DNA of 64,000 bases from the human T2T-CHM13v2.0 reference genome, Homo sapiens: the NCBI RefSeq assembly GCF_009914755.1, contig NC_060941.1. One strand, 5' to 3'. A program made the position numbers and the translations under genes. Under the pieces are notes generated by a model. It saw only the letters and a program-made list of their open reading frames with translations. It was not told the DNA's origin and searched no databases. This document shows, piece after piece, positions 42,130 through 56,993 of this stretch. Numbering within the stretch: position 1 is the first letter of the stretch; each line of letters begins with the position of its first letter.

Positions 42130-42370
42130 AAAGTTCTGAGGTCTGAGGATGGATTTGGCTTTTAATCCCAATGCTGCCACTTAGCAGAAATGTAAATTTG
42201 GAGGCAATATAAATTTTCTCTTTGAGGCTTGATGCTCATCTGCGAGATGAGGATAATTCCATCAATGTCATAGGGTTGGAAAGATAAATGAGATAGTGCA
42301 TTTTAAACCTAAGCAGGATGCCTGGTACATACCACATGCTTAAAATGACAGTTATTATCACTTATTATTT
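42130..42370 (+). mobile_element. MIR
   Basis: AATCCCA..GCTGCCACTTAGC...CTCATCTG...TAAATGAGATAGTGCA...TGCCTGGTACATA. Confidence 0.7.
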
Positions 42371-43184
42371 TCCTACCAAGTACTCTCAGCATTATTCCTT
42401 TCCCAGCAAATTTCTTCTTTCAGCCTTGACCTTAATTGGTGGTCTGAAACAGGGATAGGAAGTGATTAAATGATTTTATAAGCACCATCCCCCACTTTCT
42501 TAGATCTCCCAAAGTATGATCACTTAGCCCATTCATTCATTTTTTTTTCCAACAATATTCTGAGCTTACTGCATGTCAGGCATATGAACCACGTAAATTA
42601 CACTTAGTATCTAAGCACCTGTTAGTATCTAAGCGCCAATGGAAGAGGGCTCATTATGAAAATGCACAAAACCAGGTGAAAATCTAGCATCTTTCTGATC
42701 ACATGCACCTGCATTTTCTATGACCTGTCTCTGGAGACGTGCAGGATGAGGTTTGAGCCAACTCTCTGGGCCTCCTGGAAGTGAATCTATGGGCTCAGAA
42801 ATGACCCCAGTGCTAAGTGAGTAGCTCTGTAATTACTGTGTCCCACAAAGCATTTCCTGTCTGCTGTGTCCCTGCACTGCATATGGTGTCAGATGAGGGA
42901 CACAGGGCCAGTAAAGCCAAGCTCAGTTACTCCTCAAGTGGCCTCTTGGCACTGCTGTGTGGTCTGCATCCAAGTCCAGATCATCCACCATACAGGCTCA
43001 TGCCCTTTGTCCCAACAGTGGTAGAATGAGGAAGCAGGTGGATCTGCACAATTTCACCTCATAGGAGGCAGAAAGGGTGGCAGGAAAGGCCTCAAGAGCA
43101 ATGGCCAGTGGCTGATGAATTCTTAGTGGCCTTTGTCAGAGACTGCTGACACCATAAGGAGCCCCGCAGAAGTGCTGAAGGGTA

Positions 43185-43330
43185 GTCATCAATCAGTAGG
43201 CTCTGAGATCAGACAAAACTGGATGTAAATCCCAATTTGGCCTTTTACAAGGTATGGCCCCCTGGCAAGTTGTTCAATCTCTCTACACTGCAGTTTCCTT
43301 GCCTGTGAAATGGGGATCCTATTAGTAGCT
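43185..43330 (+). mobile_element. MIR
   Basis: GGCTCTGAGATCAGAC...GGCAAGTT...CAGTTTCCTTGCCTGTGAAATGGGGAT. Confidence 0.75.
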
Positions 43331-43336
43331 ACTTTT

Positions 43337-43745
43337 GTATCATTCAGGGTTTAGGTAGGAACAGATGGCACCCTTATATTGAGTAACTTCAGGAGAGTTT
43401 AATAAAGGAACTACTTACAAATGAGTGGGCAAGATGTCGAGAAGTAGAAGGGAACAGTGCAGTACCCTAGGACCAGAAACAGTGGGGACTATCATTATCC
43501 AGGCCTGAAGGGACAAGATCTTAGAGGAAGAATGATGCAGCTCCACAGTAGCTGTGAACTCTGGCGAGATGCAGCCAGCACAAGGTCTTCCTGAAAGATG
43601 GGGTTCGGGGAATGAAATATCCTTACCTCACTTTCCTCCCCTCACTGTCATTGGCTGAGCCCCACTGGAAGCCCAGGGGCAACGCAGCCTCTAGATAGTG
43701 TCCTGACAGCCCAGCTTCCTGGGACACAGAGCAGGGGAAAATGCG
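43337..43745 (-). mobile_element. LTR33-like ERVL LTR
   Basis: GGAACAGATGGCAC...GAGAGTTTAATAAAGG...CATTGGCTGA...CTGGAAGCC...CTGGGACACAGAGCAGGG. Confidence 0.7.
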
Positions 43746-44889
43746 CTTGCTTGGCTAGCCCACTAGAATCCCAGAGCATCTGGGGTCTGGCTGGCTTATG
43801 CTCTTGATTTCAACCTAATGATGCTTGCATCTTGCACTGAAGTGCTCTTTTGGAAGGGCTTACCTCGAAATGACCCTCTGGGCAATCGTAACTCCCTCCA
43901 GATCATTCAGCAGCTGCCCTAACCCAGGATTCTAATTCTTCTGAAAAAGAGAAATCACTCCACCAGGATCAAACTTTCCCTTCAGATCCCCCTGAATGCC
44001 CAGTACTAACCCAGGACCTAGCAATGTGTTTAATTAATCTTCCGAGATCATGAATCTCTTCTGGGCCCAGAGTGTTTTATTTGGAAACTTGATTTAATTA
44101 CATTTTACTTTGACTTTCTCAGGGACATCCATGAACCATCCATGAAATTCCCCAGAGGATACTGTTTGTTATTATCAGCTCCCTCTACTCTTGGCCTCCA
44201 CTACTACTGGCAGTCTATAAACTACACTGCACCTGGCTGTAAACCACCACCCACTTTATCCCCAGAAGGAAAAACAGCAATGGATTGCAAAAATCTTGGC
44301 GTCATTTGCAAACCCCCTGTAGCGCTTATTCATATTCAAATCATTTCATCCAGAGCTCATCTAATGGGCAAAATAGAGGAGATGAAACAATTCGCATTAG
44401 GGTCAACCTCAGAGACCACCAGAACCAGTAATCCCCAGGGAGAGTCACCAACACATCTGACCAGGTAAGACTGCCCAACCTCCAGACGGCCTACTAGCTT
44501 CTTCAACAAGTGAACAAGCAGCTCTTCTCCTGGGAGCATCTGGGCTGAGTTTATCAGCAACTGGTGTTTTAATTCACTGGTGAAAAGTGCAATTTGAACA
44601 TAAGAGAGCCACAATTTGGTCTCAGGAGCAAATTCAAACATAAGCATGCATGCTTTAAATGGATGCTCAAGCTTCAGGATGCCTTGCATGTCAGACCTGG
44701 CCTTATAAACATTTCTATAAACCTGAGCTTTATGATCAGTTTCCCCAGTTCTTTTCTTAAACAAACACCAAAGGTACCCCTTAGTACTTCTCCCCTGGCT
44801 TTTGACCTTTCGGGACACCAAGTTGTGGCTAGGACCCGAAGCCACAGAGGCAGTACCAGAGTGGTTCCTCCCAGGAACCATGGAGGCTT

Positions 44890-45020
44890 TCTCGGCCTCA
44901 GTTTCCACATTTGTATAATTGAGTCAATAAGATGGTCTATCTCATAAAGAAGCTGTGAGGAGTGAGCAAGAGAATTTACACAACATGGAGTCCAACAGAC
45001 AGTAACACTCAATAAATAAT
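44890..45020 (+). mobile_element. MIR 3' part
   Basis: GCCTCAGTTTCCACATTTGTA...CTCAATAAAT. Confidence 0.65.
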
Positions 45021-45027
45021 AAAAACA

Positions 45028-45420
<393 letters not shown>

Positions 45421-46476
45421 TTAAACACTAGAGAGGTCTGTTTACAGGCAGTAATGAGAAACCCACAATCATGGAGGTATTTTAAGTGAAATAGGCCATT
45501 TCATCTCATTGATGGAGATGCAGGAAAGGGTGGAGCTGTTGGGGAGGGTGGATATGCATGGGCCAGTTTGATCTGGGGGCTTGAATCAGAGGGAAGGCAT
45601 TAAGAGCCATTTTAGTAGCTATAGGCGGATCAGATGAGATTCAGCTCAACACCTCTTAACTAGGGAGATGCTGACTCAGTTGATGAAAACTGGAAAAACT
45701 GAATAGGAAAAAATGAATCCCATCGGGCTGCCTCCTTCTGCACGTTGGCTGCAAGGCTAAATGCATCACAGGCTTCCAATAAATATGAACTAATCATCAA
45801 ATTTAAGAGCGAGGAAATCATTGTTCTCCCCAGCCTGGCCGTTTGCCCAGCTGCTGCTCAGAGGGTGATGAGTTGCTTTTTATCTGACGGTGGATCTCCC
45901 CTTTGCCCAGAGAAACTATTAGGAACCCAACCAGCTGGAAGACTTTCTCAGCAGTGTTTGCTTGGACTGTGTTCCTCCTTTTCCAGTACAATCCTCACAC
46001 CGCACCCTAGGGAATCTCACCCTTGACATTTTTTTTTTTAAATAAGCAACTTGATTTGCTCCAATTTCCCTAAGGATCAAAGTAGAAAAGAGTTCACTTT
46101 TGGCTTCCAGGACCATAGTGCCAGGAATGGAGTTATATTAAAATCGGTTAGAGCCTAGGAAGGACCAGAGGAGAAGGTTTTCCCTCTTCTTTATCCCCTC
46201 TCCCCACAAAAGAACAAGTGCCACTAGTTCCTTAAGTGAGGAGCATCCTGGGAGTTCCATGTTGACTCAAACCTGGAGTCAGAAGGTCCTGGGCCACCTA
46301 CAATGGATTTATTCCCTCTGCATTCAGTATCCCCACAGTCTTCTTCTGGTTAGTTCCTGCTTCCTCTTCCTGTTGAGTTGCTCCCTGAATGTCAAAAACG
46401 GGGTTTATTATCAGAGCTGGCAAAGAAGTCGAGTGTCTCAAAAAATAGGGGTCAAAATGCTTTTTAAAGGTAATTA

Positions 46477-46829
<353 letters not shown>

Positions 46830-47320
46830 TGAAGAATTCCTGACAAAAGCATTTTATTTCTAAAGAAAAAATATGACCTAAGCAATTTTAAAGACCAGGA
46901 GAAAGGGTATCCACATATCCCAAATATGCTAAGTAAATCTCAAAAGAAGAGATTGAGGCCAAAGATCTTTTTTGCTTACTCAGATTTTTCCCTAGGCCCA
47001 GTTCACTTTTTGTTTGTTCTAAGCTATGGGGACACTCAATTCCAAGCCAACCAAAGGCAGAAAAATCTCAGTAACAGAAACATTTGAAGAAATAGAGCAC
47101 TTTACAGAGAAATCATCAAGAATTTCCTCTGACAATTTCACCAAATATAATTAAAATTCACCAACTTCAAACTTTTCCTATACACATGGATTTCTGGCAC
47201 CTGTCTATTGTAAATGTAAGACACACATCTACAGAAGTTGTAACTTTTCTGGCGTTTTATCTTTGGAAAAGAATACCCTGTCTTGATTATACTCAATAAG
47301 AGAATTAAGTTTATATTTCA

Positions 47321-47621
<301 letters not shown>

Positions 47622-48279
47622 GTTTATATTTCACAAACGTATTACTAGTCCAGAGAGACTGTGAAGAAGTGCAGAGTGGAGAACTTGACTAGTGGAGAAC
47701 TGACTCCATCAGATTCCACCAGCGTTACCTTCTGGATTCCCTTCCTAATTCCCATCTTGGTGTGGCTCACAGAACTCTGACAAGTGAGATTCTGATCCTG
47801 CTTAAAGGCTGCCTGTCCTTCTTTAGGAGAGCTCCAGAAATCCCTGTATGGGTATTCACTGGGCCAATCTTTCTGCATGTAGGTAAGTTTGATGCCTCAA
47901 GTGTGCAGCCTAGAAGTCCAAGTTAGAAAAGCAATACAATAAAATAGCCAGGAGAATCCAAGACCTCCATTGCTGTCTATATAGGCTTTTGAAGGTCTCC
48001 AGCATCAACCCCCAGAGGAGATAAGAGGCAAGGATGTCTTCTGCATCTGCTCTGGGTCTCCCTGGAGGAAGCTTATTTTAGTTTTTCAAGGCCCTACTTG
48101 GTGTGTGACTATCAGGCACTAGGTAGACAATGATTCAAATTCAGGCAAGCAAACAAAAGAAAACTTGGGTGTCACTGGATACGACAATTATCAAGAGAAT
48201 CTGGGACGGGCAGATGAAATCTGAATGGAGAAGGTAGACATTCAAGTTAAAGTCACAACCAGCATCCCCCATCCAGTTT

Positions 48280-48301
48280 ACACACACACACACACACACA
48301 C
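48280..48301 (+). repeat. (CA)n microsatellite
   Basis: About 11 AC units. Confidence 0.95.
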
Positions 48302-48604
48302 GTAGCTCCCTTCTCCCCTTAGCAACATAATCAGTCACATTCAACATGAATTATCAATGACATCATGTAGTTATCAATAAAACTCAAGGACCCCAGCATG
48401 CCTTCAGCTGACACCTCCCTGAGTTTTCACTGATGAATTCAGAGCCAAATATGTACAAAGGTAAGAAATCTCCAAAAAGGAATCACTTAACCCAGCTCAG
48501 CTGTTCTTTACCTTAGGCTAGTGTTGAGAGGAAAGAAAAAAAAAGAAGAAAGGAAGCGATCCCATAATATCCATCCTCAGGCCTCTGAGCCAGTTTACCT
48601 AAAC

Positions 48605-48618
48605 GTTGCCATGGCAAT
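48605..48618. promoter_or_regulatory. RFX X-box candidate
   Basis: GTTGCCATGGCAAT matches the palindromic consensus GTTGCCATGGCAAC at 13/14. Confidence 0.5.
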
Positions 48619-48994
48619 GTGTATATAAGTCAGTCTTCACTCTGAACCACAATCTCTGACTTGACAGAGAACACCCATTTGGGTTCCAAAGTCAGGCAAT
48701 AGCCAGGCAGTGCAACAGCACGTTTTTGTTCAGGTTGAAACCTGATATTCCTTGCTGGCTACAGGAAATCTTGAGGATTTTTTTTTGGTTTTTGGTTATT
48801 CTTCTCTCTGTATCCATATTCCTCTGTTCATCTCTCCCTTACTTTTGTGGGGAGCGAGGATAAAGAAGAGGGAAAACCTTGAGGAGAAGCCTGAGGGGAA
48901 AGTAAGAGCTAGCCACACCCAGCCTGGCCCTCTGAGTTAGCCAGGAGCAGAGGGAAGAGGGAGGCTTGTCCGGGCACATGCTTCTGGGTCCTCC

Positions 48995-49155
48995 CTGCTT
49001 TATGAAGCTGAAATGCAGAGCGTCAGAGCTGGAGGGAAGCTCAGGCGAGAACCTGAAATCCCGGGGATGGGAAGTGACTTGCGCAAGGTCACCCAACAAA
49101 TGAGCAAAAGACTCAGGACAGATTCAGTCTCTTGATTCCCAGTCCAAGGCTTTTC
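48995..49155 (-). mobile_element. MIR fragment
   Basis: AAGTGACTTGCGCAAGGTCACCCA...TCTCTTGATTCCCAGTCCA. Confidence 0.65.
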
Positions 49156-49804
49156 TACAGAAATGACCGTGGACCCTCCCAGGGTTGCCTATGAAACTAA
49201 CATACTTCTCACGGGAAGCACTGTGCCTGTCCCGACCAGGAGGGGCTCAATGGATGTGTGATGAATGAATGAATGCAATATCAGGGAATCAACAACTCTT
49301 TCCTTTCAGAGTTTCCGGATTCCAAAGTATATCCACATCAACAAAATAACCAATAGCAAAGGCTGCATCTCCAAGAGCCTAGCTTCTCCCAGGTCCCCAG
49401 ATCTATCCACCTCTGCTGAGATTAAGAACTAGCAGGGCCCTCTCCAAGGAGTCACTCCGCTGCCCATTACTAGAATTTTTATCAAGTAGCTGACAAACCA
49501 AATTATAAGCCGAGTGTGTGTCCTTTGTGTGGGAGGATGGTGGGGGCAGGGTGAGGAGGGAAGCTGTTCACGTATTTTTTGAGTAAAGGTTGCAAATGCA
49601 CCTCTTATACATCCTGCCTCCCCGTGGACCATGAAGATTTTGGACCATGAAGGTTCATTTGTAAGAGCGTCTTCTTGGATCAGCAGTGTCTTCTGTGGCT
49701 CCAGAATAGAGCCAGGTTAATTAGAACCTAACGGGGACTGAACCAATGGCATGCCCTTATCTTAAATGAAGTCAGTTAAATTACTATGCAATTGCATGCC
49801 CCAT

Positions 49805-49832
49805 CACACACACACACACACACACACACACA
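49805..49832 (+). repeat. (CA)n microsatellite
   Basis: About 13-14 CA units. Confidence 0.95.
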
Positions 49833-50441
49833 GCCCGATGGCACCCCCAACAAGACTGCTCATCTTTAAACAGAAAAGCAATTGGAAGAAATGTGTAGGT
49901 TCTGCAGAGAGAGAAGCTGCATTTAGAAACAAAATCACCTTCTCTGGATAAGCTTGCTGCATCCTGAGCTTTTGTAGCCAAGCCCTGCTGGCTGGCAGCT
50001 TGGTTTGTCTCCTTAGTGAGAACCGTGATGCATTGGGCTGGCTCTTGGCTTCTAGTCCTACTTGTAATTTGAAGCAAGGGTAGATGGCTGGGGTCAGACA
50101 GCAAGGAGCCTGCAGGCTTAGAGGGGAGCCTCCTTGCTTGAACAGACAACACAGGGTGTCCAGGTAGGAGGCCTATAGCTCTGCAGTGCCCTGCCTCCTA
50201 AACTGATCCTTCTGAAAGTCTAGGAGAGGGGAGAATTCAAGATTGGCCTTAGGAACTCTCTAGGGCAGAGACACATAAATGCTCAATGGCTTGATCTTCC
50301 CAGGACAACGGGAGATGTCTTATTTAAGTACCAGGGATAAGACAGATGCTGCTGTCACTTCTTGAGAATCTTGAGGGAAAAACAAGTACAGCACTTGGCC
50401 CATGATAGGTACTCCATAAACATTTGTTGATTTAAACCAAA

Positions 50442-51411
50442 TGTATTAGTCAGGGTTCTCCAGAGGGACAGAACTAATAGGATCTATGTCTATATAAAAG
50501 GGAGTTTATTAGGGAGAATTGGCCCACATGATCACAAGGTAAAGTCCCATGATAGGCCATATGAAAGCTGGGGAAGAGAAAAGCCAGTAGTGGCTCAGTC
50601 CAAGTTGGAAACCTTCAAAACCAGGGAAGCTGACAGTGCAGACTTCAGACTGTGATGGAAGGGCCAAGAGCCCCTGGCAAGCCACTGGTGCAAGTCCTAG
50701 AGTCCAAAAACCAAAGAACCTGGAGTCTGAGGTCCAAGGGCAGGAGGACCATCCAGCATGGGAGAAAGATGAAAGCCAGAAGATTCAGCAAGCAAGGTTA
50801 TCCTACCCTCTTCCACCTGCTTCATCCTAGCTGCACTGGCAGCCGATTGGATGGCGCCCACCCGTATTGAGGGTCAGTCTTCCTCTCTCAGTCCAACTCA
50901 ACTGTCAGTCTCTTCTAGCAACACCCTTACAGACACATCCAGAAACAATACTTCACCAGCCAACTAGGCATCCTTCAATCCAATCAAGCTGACACCTAAT
51001 ATTAACCATCTGATATGGTTTTTCTCTGTGTCCCCACCCAAATCTCAGCCTCATTGTTTGGTTCTGTGTCCCCACCCAAATCTCATCGTCTAGCTCCCAT
51101 AATTCCCACGTGTTGTGGGAGAGACCTGATAGGAGATGACCCATGGTGGCGGGTCTTTCCTGTGCTGTTAGTGAATGGGCCTCACGAGATCTGATGGTTT
51201 TTAAAAATGGGAGTTTCTCTGCACAAGCTCTCTCTTTGCCTGCTGCCACCCACGTAAGATGTGACTTGCTCCTCCTTGCCTTCTGCCATGATTCCAAGGC
51301 CTCCCCAGCCATGTGGAACTGTAAGTCCAATAAACCTCTTTCTTTTGTAAATTGCCCAGTCTCGGGTATGTCTTTATCAGCAGCATGAGAACAGACTAAT
51401 ATACCATCACA
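50442..51411 (-). mobile_element. MLT2A-type ERVL LTR with THE1 inserted near its end
   Basis: TGTATTAGTCAGGGTTCTC...AATCCAATCAAG.TGACA...ATTAACCATC|ACA; outer TSD CCAAA/CCAAG. Confidence 0.9.
51011..51403 (+). mobile_element. THE1-type solo LTR with a 5' tandem duplication
   Basis: TGATATGGTTT...CAGACTAATATA; TSD CCATC; TCTGTGTCCCCACCCAAATCTCA present twice. Confidence 0.93.
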
Positions 51412-51659
51412 CCAAGGTAACCTACTCTGCCCTTTTCTGGATTATACTATCATCATATCAAGGAGAATATAGAGTGTTAAAGGGTGAATTAAAAAGTAAC
51501 TCCAGTTTGACTTTGAAATCCGTAAGTTGTTTCAGCAGATTTCCTTTGTCAATTGCTTTAGTCAGGTTGATACAGGAAGCATCTGTTCAGGAGGCCACAT
51601 CAATGGTTAGTAACTAGGGGAGTCCAGAAGTAGGTGGGTAGGTATCTTGGGCTGAGAAG

Positions 51660-51842
51660 ATTTAGACAAAATTCTAGAAAAGGCAAAGCTATAGAGATAG
51701 AAAGCAGCTCAGTGGTTTCCAGGGACAGGCTAGGGGATGTGGATTGACTGCAAAGGGCACACAAGAACTTTCCGGAGTGATGGAAGAGTTCCCTATTATG
51801 AGTGTGGTGTTGGATTTGCAATACAGTGGTCAAACTCATCTA
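51660..51842 (+). repeat. Inverted duplicate of L1ME segment 53671-53853
   Basis: About 163/183 ungapped identity to the reverse complement of 53671-53853 (hand count). Confidence 0.9.
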
Positions 51843-52669
51843 AGTTTGCATGAGATGAAGCAAACCATGCAAAGCAGGCTCATCCCTGTGTTACAGCAGG
51901 GACATGGTACCAACCAAAGGAAGTGGACCTGCTGGGTGGAACATATGTCTTCCAAGATGAGTCAGTCAGGAACAAAGCTTAGAGTGGGCTCCACGTGTCC
52001 AGAGTCCCAAAGGCCAGCCTTGAAGACAGTCAAGCCAAGGCCAAGGTGAGACCTGATTAACTCTTGACTACACTTGCAGGAGTTTGATATCTCAGACCTG
52101 CCACTTCCCATCACAGTCCAGTTGCAATAGACTTCAGGAGTGTGAACTCAACTTCACAGCTCAAGGAAACATATGTAACCATGAATTTATCTTCAGAGTT
52201 GAGTACATGTGTTTCAAAACTGATAACTGACTTGTTTTTCTGAATTCTCTGCTGATTAAAATAATCAGAGAAAGTCCACCCTCCCAAGACTTCTGGACTG
52301 GTATTCAAGAGGCCTCAGTTCGCCCCTTAAAAGCTGTTTAACCTCAGCATGTCACCGAACCTCAGTTGGAACCCTCACTACCAAGGTACTATTTGTAATC
52401 AAAGAACTGTGCTGGGTACTGGGGACGCAAATAACTAGGACAAAGACCCTGCCCTGGAGAAATCTACAAGGAAGGGCAATACTTCAACCAAGAGTTTCAG
52501 ACCATGCCATTGGAGCTAAGCTAGAAGAGCACACCAGGTTTACACAGGGACTGTTTAAGGAGTCCTTACTCTTAAATAAGTTCATATCAGAGTAAAAAAA
52601 AGTGAACAGCTAAATATGAATTTGCATTCCAATGTTAGAAATAATATATTTTTTAAAATTATTTGAATA

Positions 52670-52825
52670 AAACATTTACATAGAGCCCTCTCTGTTCCAG
52701 GCATTTTTTAAAGCAGTTGGAACATAGGAATTGATTTAAATCCTGACCACCCTAGGTACTAATATCATGCCCATTTTACAGATGGGAAAGAAGTTAACCC
52801 ACAGTTAAGCCAGCTAGGTGACTGG
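52670..52825 (-). mobile_element. MIR
   Basis: TGTTCCAGGCA...CCCATTTTACAGATGGGAAA. Confidence 0.65.
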
Positions 52826-52986
52826 CTTATGCTCTAAGCCACAACCCCTGTACCTTGGTGTGCTGTAAAACTTTCTGGGTTAGAGTACAAAATGGGCCAG
52901 GACAGCCACTGGGAAGGGAATTGAAGGTAGTCCATGCTACAGTCCCCATACCCCATAGTGGCACCCATGCCACTCTGGGTCGTGTC

Positions 52987-53280
52987 TTTATTTGTGACAG
53001 GGTCTTTCGCTGTTGCCCAGGCTGGAGTGCAGTGACATGATCTTGGCTCACTGCAGCCTCGATCTCCTGGGCTCAAGCAATCCTCCCACCTCTCAGCCTC
53101 CCTTGTAGCTGGCACTACAGGTGCATGCCACCATGTCTGGCTAAATTTTTAATTTTTTGTAGAGATGGGGTTTTGCCATGTTACAGCCCAGGCTGGTGTT
53201 AAACTCCTGAACTCAAGCCATCCGCTCGCCTCAGCTTCCCAAAGTGCTGGAATTACAGGTGTGAGCCAACGTGCCCAGCC
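52987..53280 (-). mobile_element. AluJ
   Basis: CACTGCAGCCTCGA...GGGCTCAAGCAATCCTCCC; TSD TG(G/A)GTC(G/A)TGTCTT. Confidence 0.92.
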
Positions 53281-53599
53281 ATGAGTCATGTCTTATAGTG
53301 TGTGCACTGAAGATATTTATTTCCATCAATAATAATAATTAAGGATAGTGGTATAATCATCAATGGATTGGTTTAATGTCAGATATGCGCTGATGAAACC
53401 AGCAAAATTATAAAAAGCAACATGTTAACATGGACCAAAAATTTTATAGTAATGAAATTTTACAATTCCAAGGAAGTAGAAAAAGAATGATTTGGAAATT
53501 TAGGATTGGGAGCCAGGCTCAAAAGGTGCAAGAAGGGGAAGGCATTCCAGGTAACAAGAATGACGTGTCCTGAGGCAGGAGGTTGTCACTGTCATGCGT

Positions 53600-54830
<1,231 letters not shown>

Positions 54831-55372
54831 GTTCATTTTAAATGACAATGAGTCTATCCGTCCAGCCAGCATCCAAAACTGAATTGACCATCTCACCTCT
54901 CAATGACCAGCCCATCACCCCCTAAGAAACAAACTAATAATAATAATATTTTGATACATCAAGGAAATTCCATTATCCAAGAGAGGTCCTGACAGTCCAT
55001 AACTTGGTTTCTAGTCCTGTTGTTCCAATAGAGACAGAAACACTAAGCCAAGACAAGTTTTCCTAAAGAAAAAGAGTGTTGAGAAGCAGCTAGGATTGGG
55101 CCAATCTTTGAAGGAGAGTTTTGATGACGTTCTGTTATATTTGGACATGGGGACAATGTGATTAGTAATTTCCTTCCTTCATCTTGCTCATGCCTCAGTT
55201 TCTTCATCTTTCAGCTTTGTATTAAAACAACATTCATACAGAAAAAGAATGCATAAAACATACGTGTAAAGCTTAATGAGTTTTCACAATGAGTTTTTTC
55301 ATTTTAGTTTAATGGGGAAAGACAGTTGGCCTCTAGAGACAACATCAAGCTTCACAGAATCCTGTACTAGGC

Positions 55373-55472
55373 TGTGTATGCATGTGTGTGTGCGTGTGTG
55401 CGCGTGTGTATGCATGTGCGCATGTGTGTGCATGTGTGTGCATGCACGTATGTGCTCATGCACATGTGCACA
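55373..55472. repeat. Alternating purine-pyrimidine (TG/CA/CG) tract
   Basis: About 100 bp TGTGTATGCATGTGTGTGTGCGTGTGTGCGCG... Confidence 0.9.
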
Positions 55473-55509
55473 CTGGGATTAGAGAGTAAAATATTAAAGA
55501 AACAATTGA

Positions 55510-55730
55510 GTAAGTACAGTAAACAACTGTACATTTTAAAATAACTTAAAGAGTGTAATTGGATTGTTTGCAACTCAATGGATAAACGCTTGAGGGGATG
55601 GATACTCCATTCTTCATTATGTGCTTATTTCACATTGCATGCCTGTATCAAAACATCTCAGATACCCCATAAATAAATACACCTACCGTATATACTATAT
55701 ACCCACCAAAAGTAAAAATAAAAAAATAAA
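55510..55730 (+). mobile_element. L1MA-type 3' end
   Basis: TGTACATTTTAAAATAACTTAAAGAGTGTAATTGGATTG...TGCCTGTATCAAAACATCTCA; A-rich tail. Confidence 0.88.
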
Positions 55731-55749
55731 ATTAATTGCTACCTTTACA

Positions 55750-55950
55750 GAAAACATCCTACATGCTTTACAATGAAAATTGCATCTAATCTTCATAAGA
55801 GCCCCTAAGGTAGCTAATATTACACCCATTTTAGAGATAAGGAAATTTTATGGCTCAGAAAACCAAAATAACATCCTGGTATTACATGGCTAGAACACAG
55901 TAGAGCCAGAATTCAAACCCCATCCTGTCTGAGCTCATCGCCTCTACACC
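55750..55950 (-). mobile_element. MIR
   Basis: CCCATTTTAGAGATAAGGAAA...GGCTCAGA...AGAGCCAGAATTCAAACCC. Confidence 0.7.
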
Positions 55951-56059
55951 ATCTCTGACAATGGGGACTTATGGTCTGGCAAGGAGAACAGGCAAAACTA
56001 TGTAAGGAAGGATATACATCAGTGGGAAAAATATAGATGCATTAATCAATACTTTCATA

Positions 56060-56620
56060 TCAATCTTATTTTCCAGTTTTCAGATTCAAATTTCCAGCGG
56101 CCTACTGAAAATTGCCGCATGGGAACAGGGAATTCTGTAGCCACCTCCAAATGAGCAAATCCAACATCATCATCCCTCCCACCTCCACCTATGCATGCAC
56201 ACCTGGTCTACCCCCTCCTATATCCCTTACCTCAATCAGTGTCGTAATTGTTCAAACAAGTACCTTGGTGACTCTCCCTCTTGCTTCACACATCCAACTC
56301 CTGCTAAATCTACCTTCTAACTTCTTGCAAAATGGTTTCTGCCTCTGTCTTTCCACTGCTGTTGCCTTAGTTGAGGCCACCTGATAGTTCTCCCTACTCA
56401 AATCTCTTTATTATACAGTCAGTGTAACCCTCCAATGCACACCTAATGATGTCACTCTTCTAAAGTAAAATGTCCCTCCTTTAGAATAAATTAAAACTCC
56501 TGTATGTCAAACCTTGCATGCCTGCAATTCAATTCTAATTTATATTCTTGCACCATCTTCTACCATTACACCCTTCTCACAAATGACTCCAAACTTTTCT
56601 CCATTCCCTAAACACACTTT
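56060..56620 (+). mobile_element. Degraded L2
   Basis: CACCTCCAAATGAGCAAATCCAA...TTGACTC-like...TCCACTGCT. Confidence 0.5.
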
Positions 56621-56692
56621 TCTTTTTTCCAGTTCAACAAATGTTTACCAAGTGCCCCTTTATTTGCCTGTGTTGGGCATAGGGATGTAGAG

Positions 56693-56905
56693 CAAGGTTC
56701 TCAATCACGGCATGATTGACATTTTGGGTGGATCATTCCATGTTATGGGGCCATCCTGTGCATTCTAAGATATTTAACAGTAACCCTGGCCCCTAACCAC
56801 GAGATGCCAGTAGCACCTCCCTTCAAAAATGTGACAACCCAAATATCTCTAGACATTGCCCAATGTCCCTCAGAGGGCAAATTCATCCCCAGTTGTGAGG
56901 CACTG
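56693..56905 (-). mobile_element. MER20, full length
   Basis: TTGACATTTTGGG...AGATGCCAGTAGCACC...GTGACAACC...AGACATTGCC; 8-bp TSD (A/C)TGTAGAG. Confidence 0.92.
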
Positions 56906-56993
56906 CTGTAGAGTGAGAGATGCTCCCTGTCCTCCAGGAACCCTTGGTTGGTTGGTCACAATGGGCATGTGCATCATGCAATGCAGCATAGAG

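Noticed and set aside
42604-42635. Short direct repeats (TTAGTATCTAAGC x2; also near 19967, 44126, 49625)
   Set aside because: Ordinary micro-duplications with no further structure.
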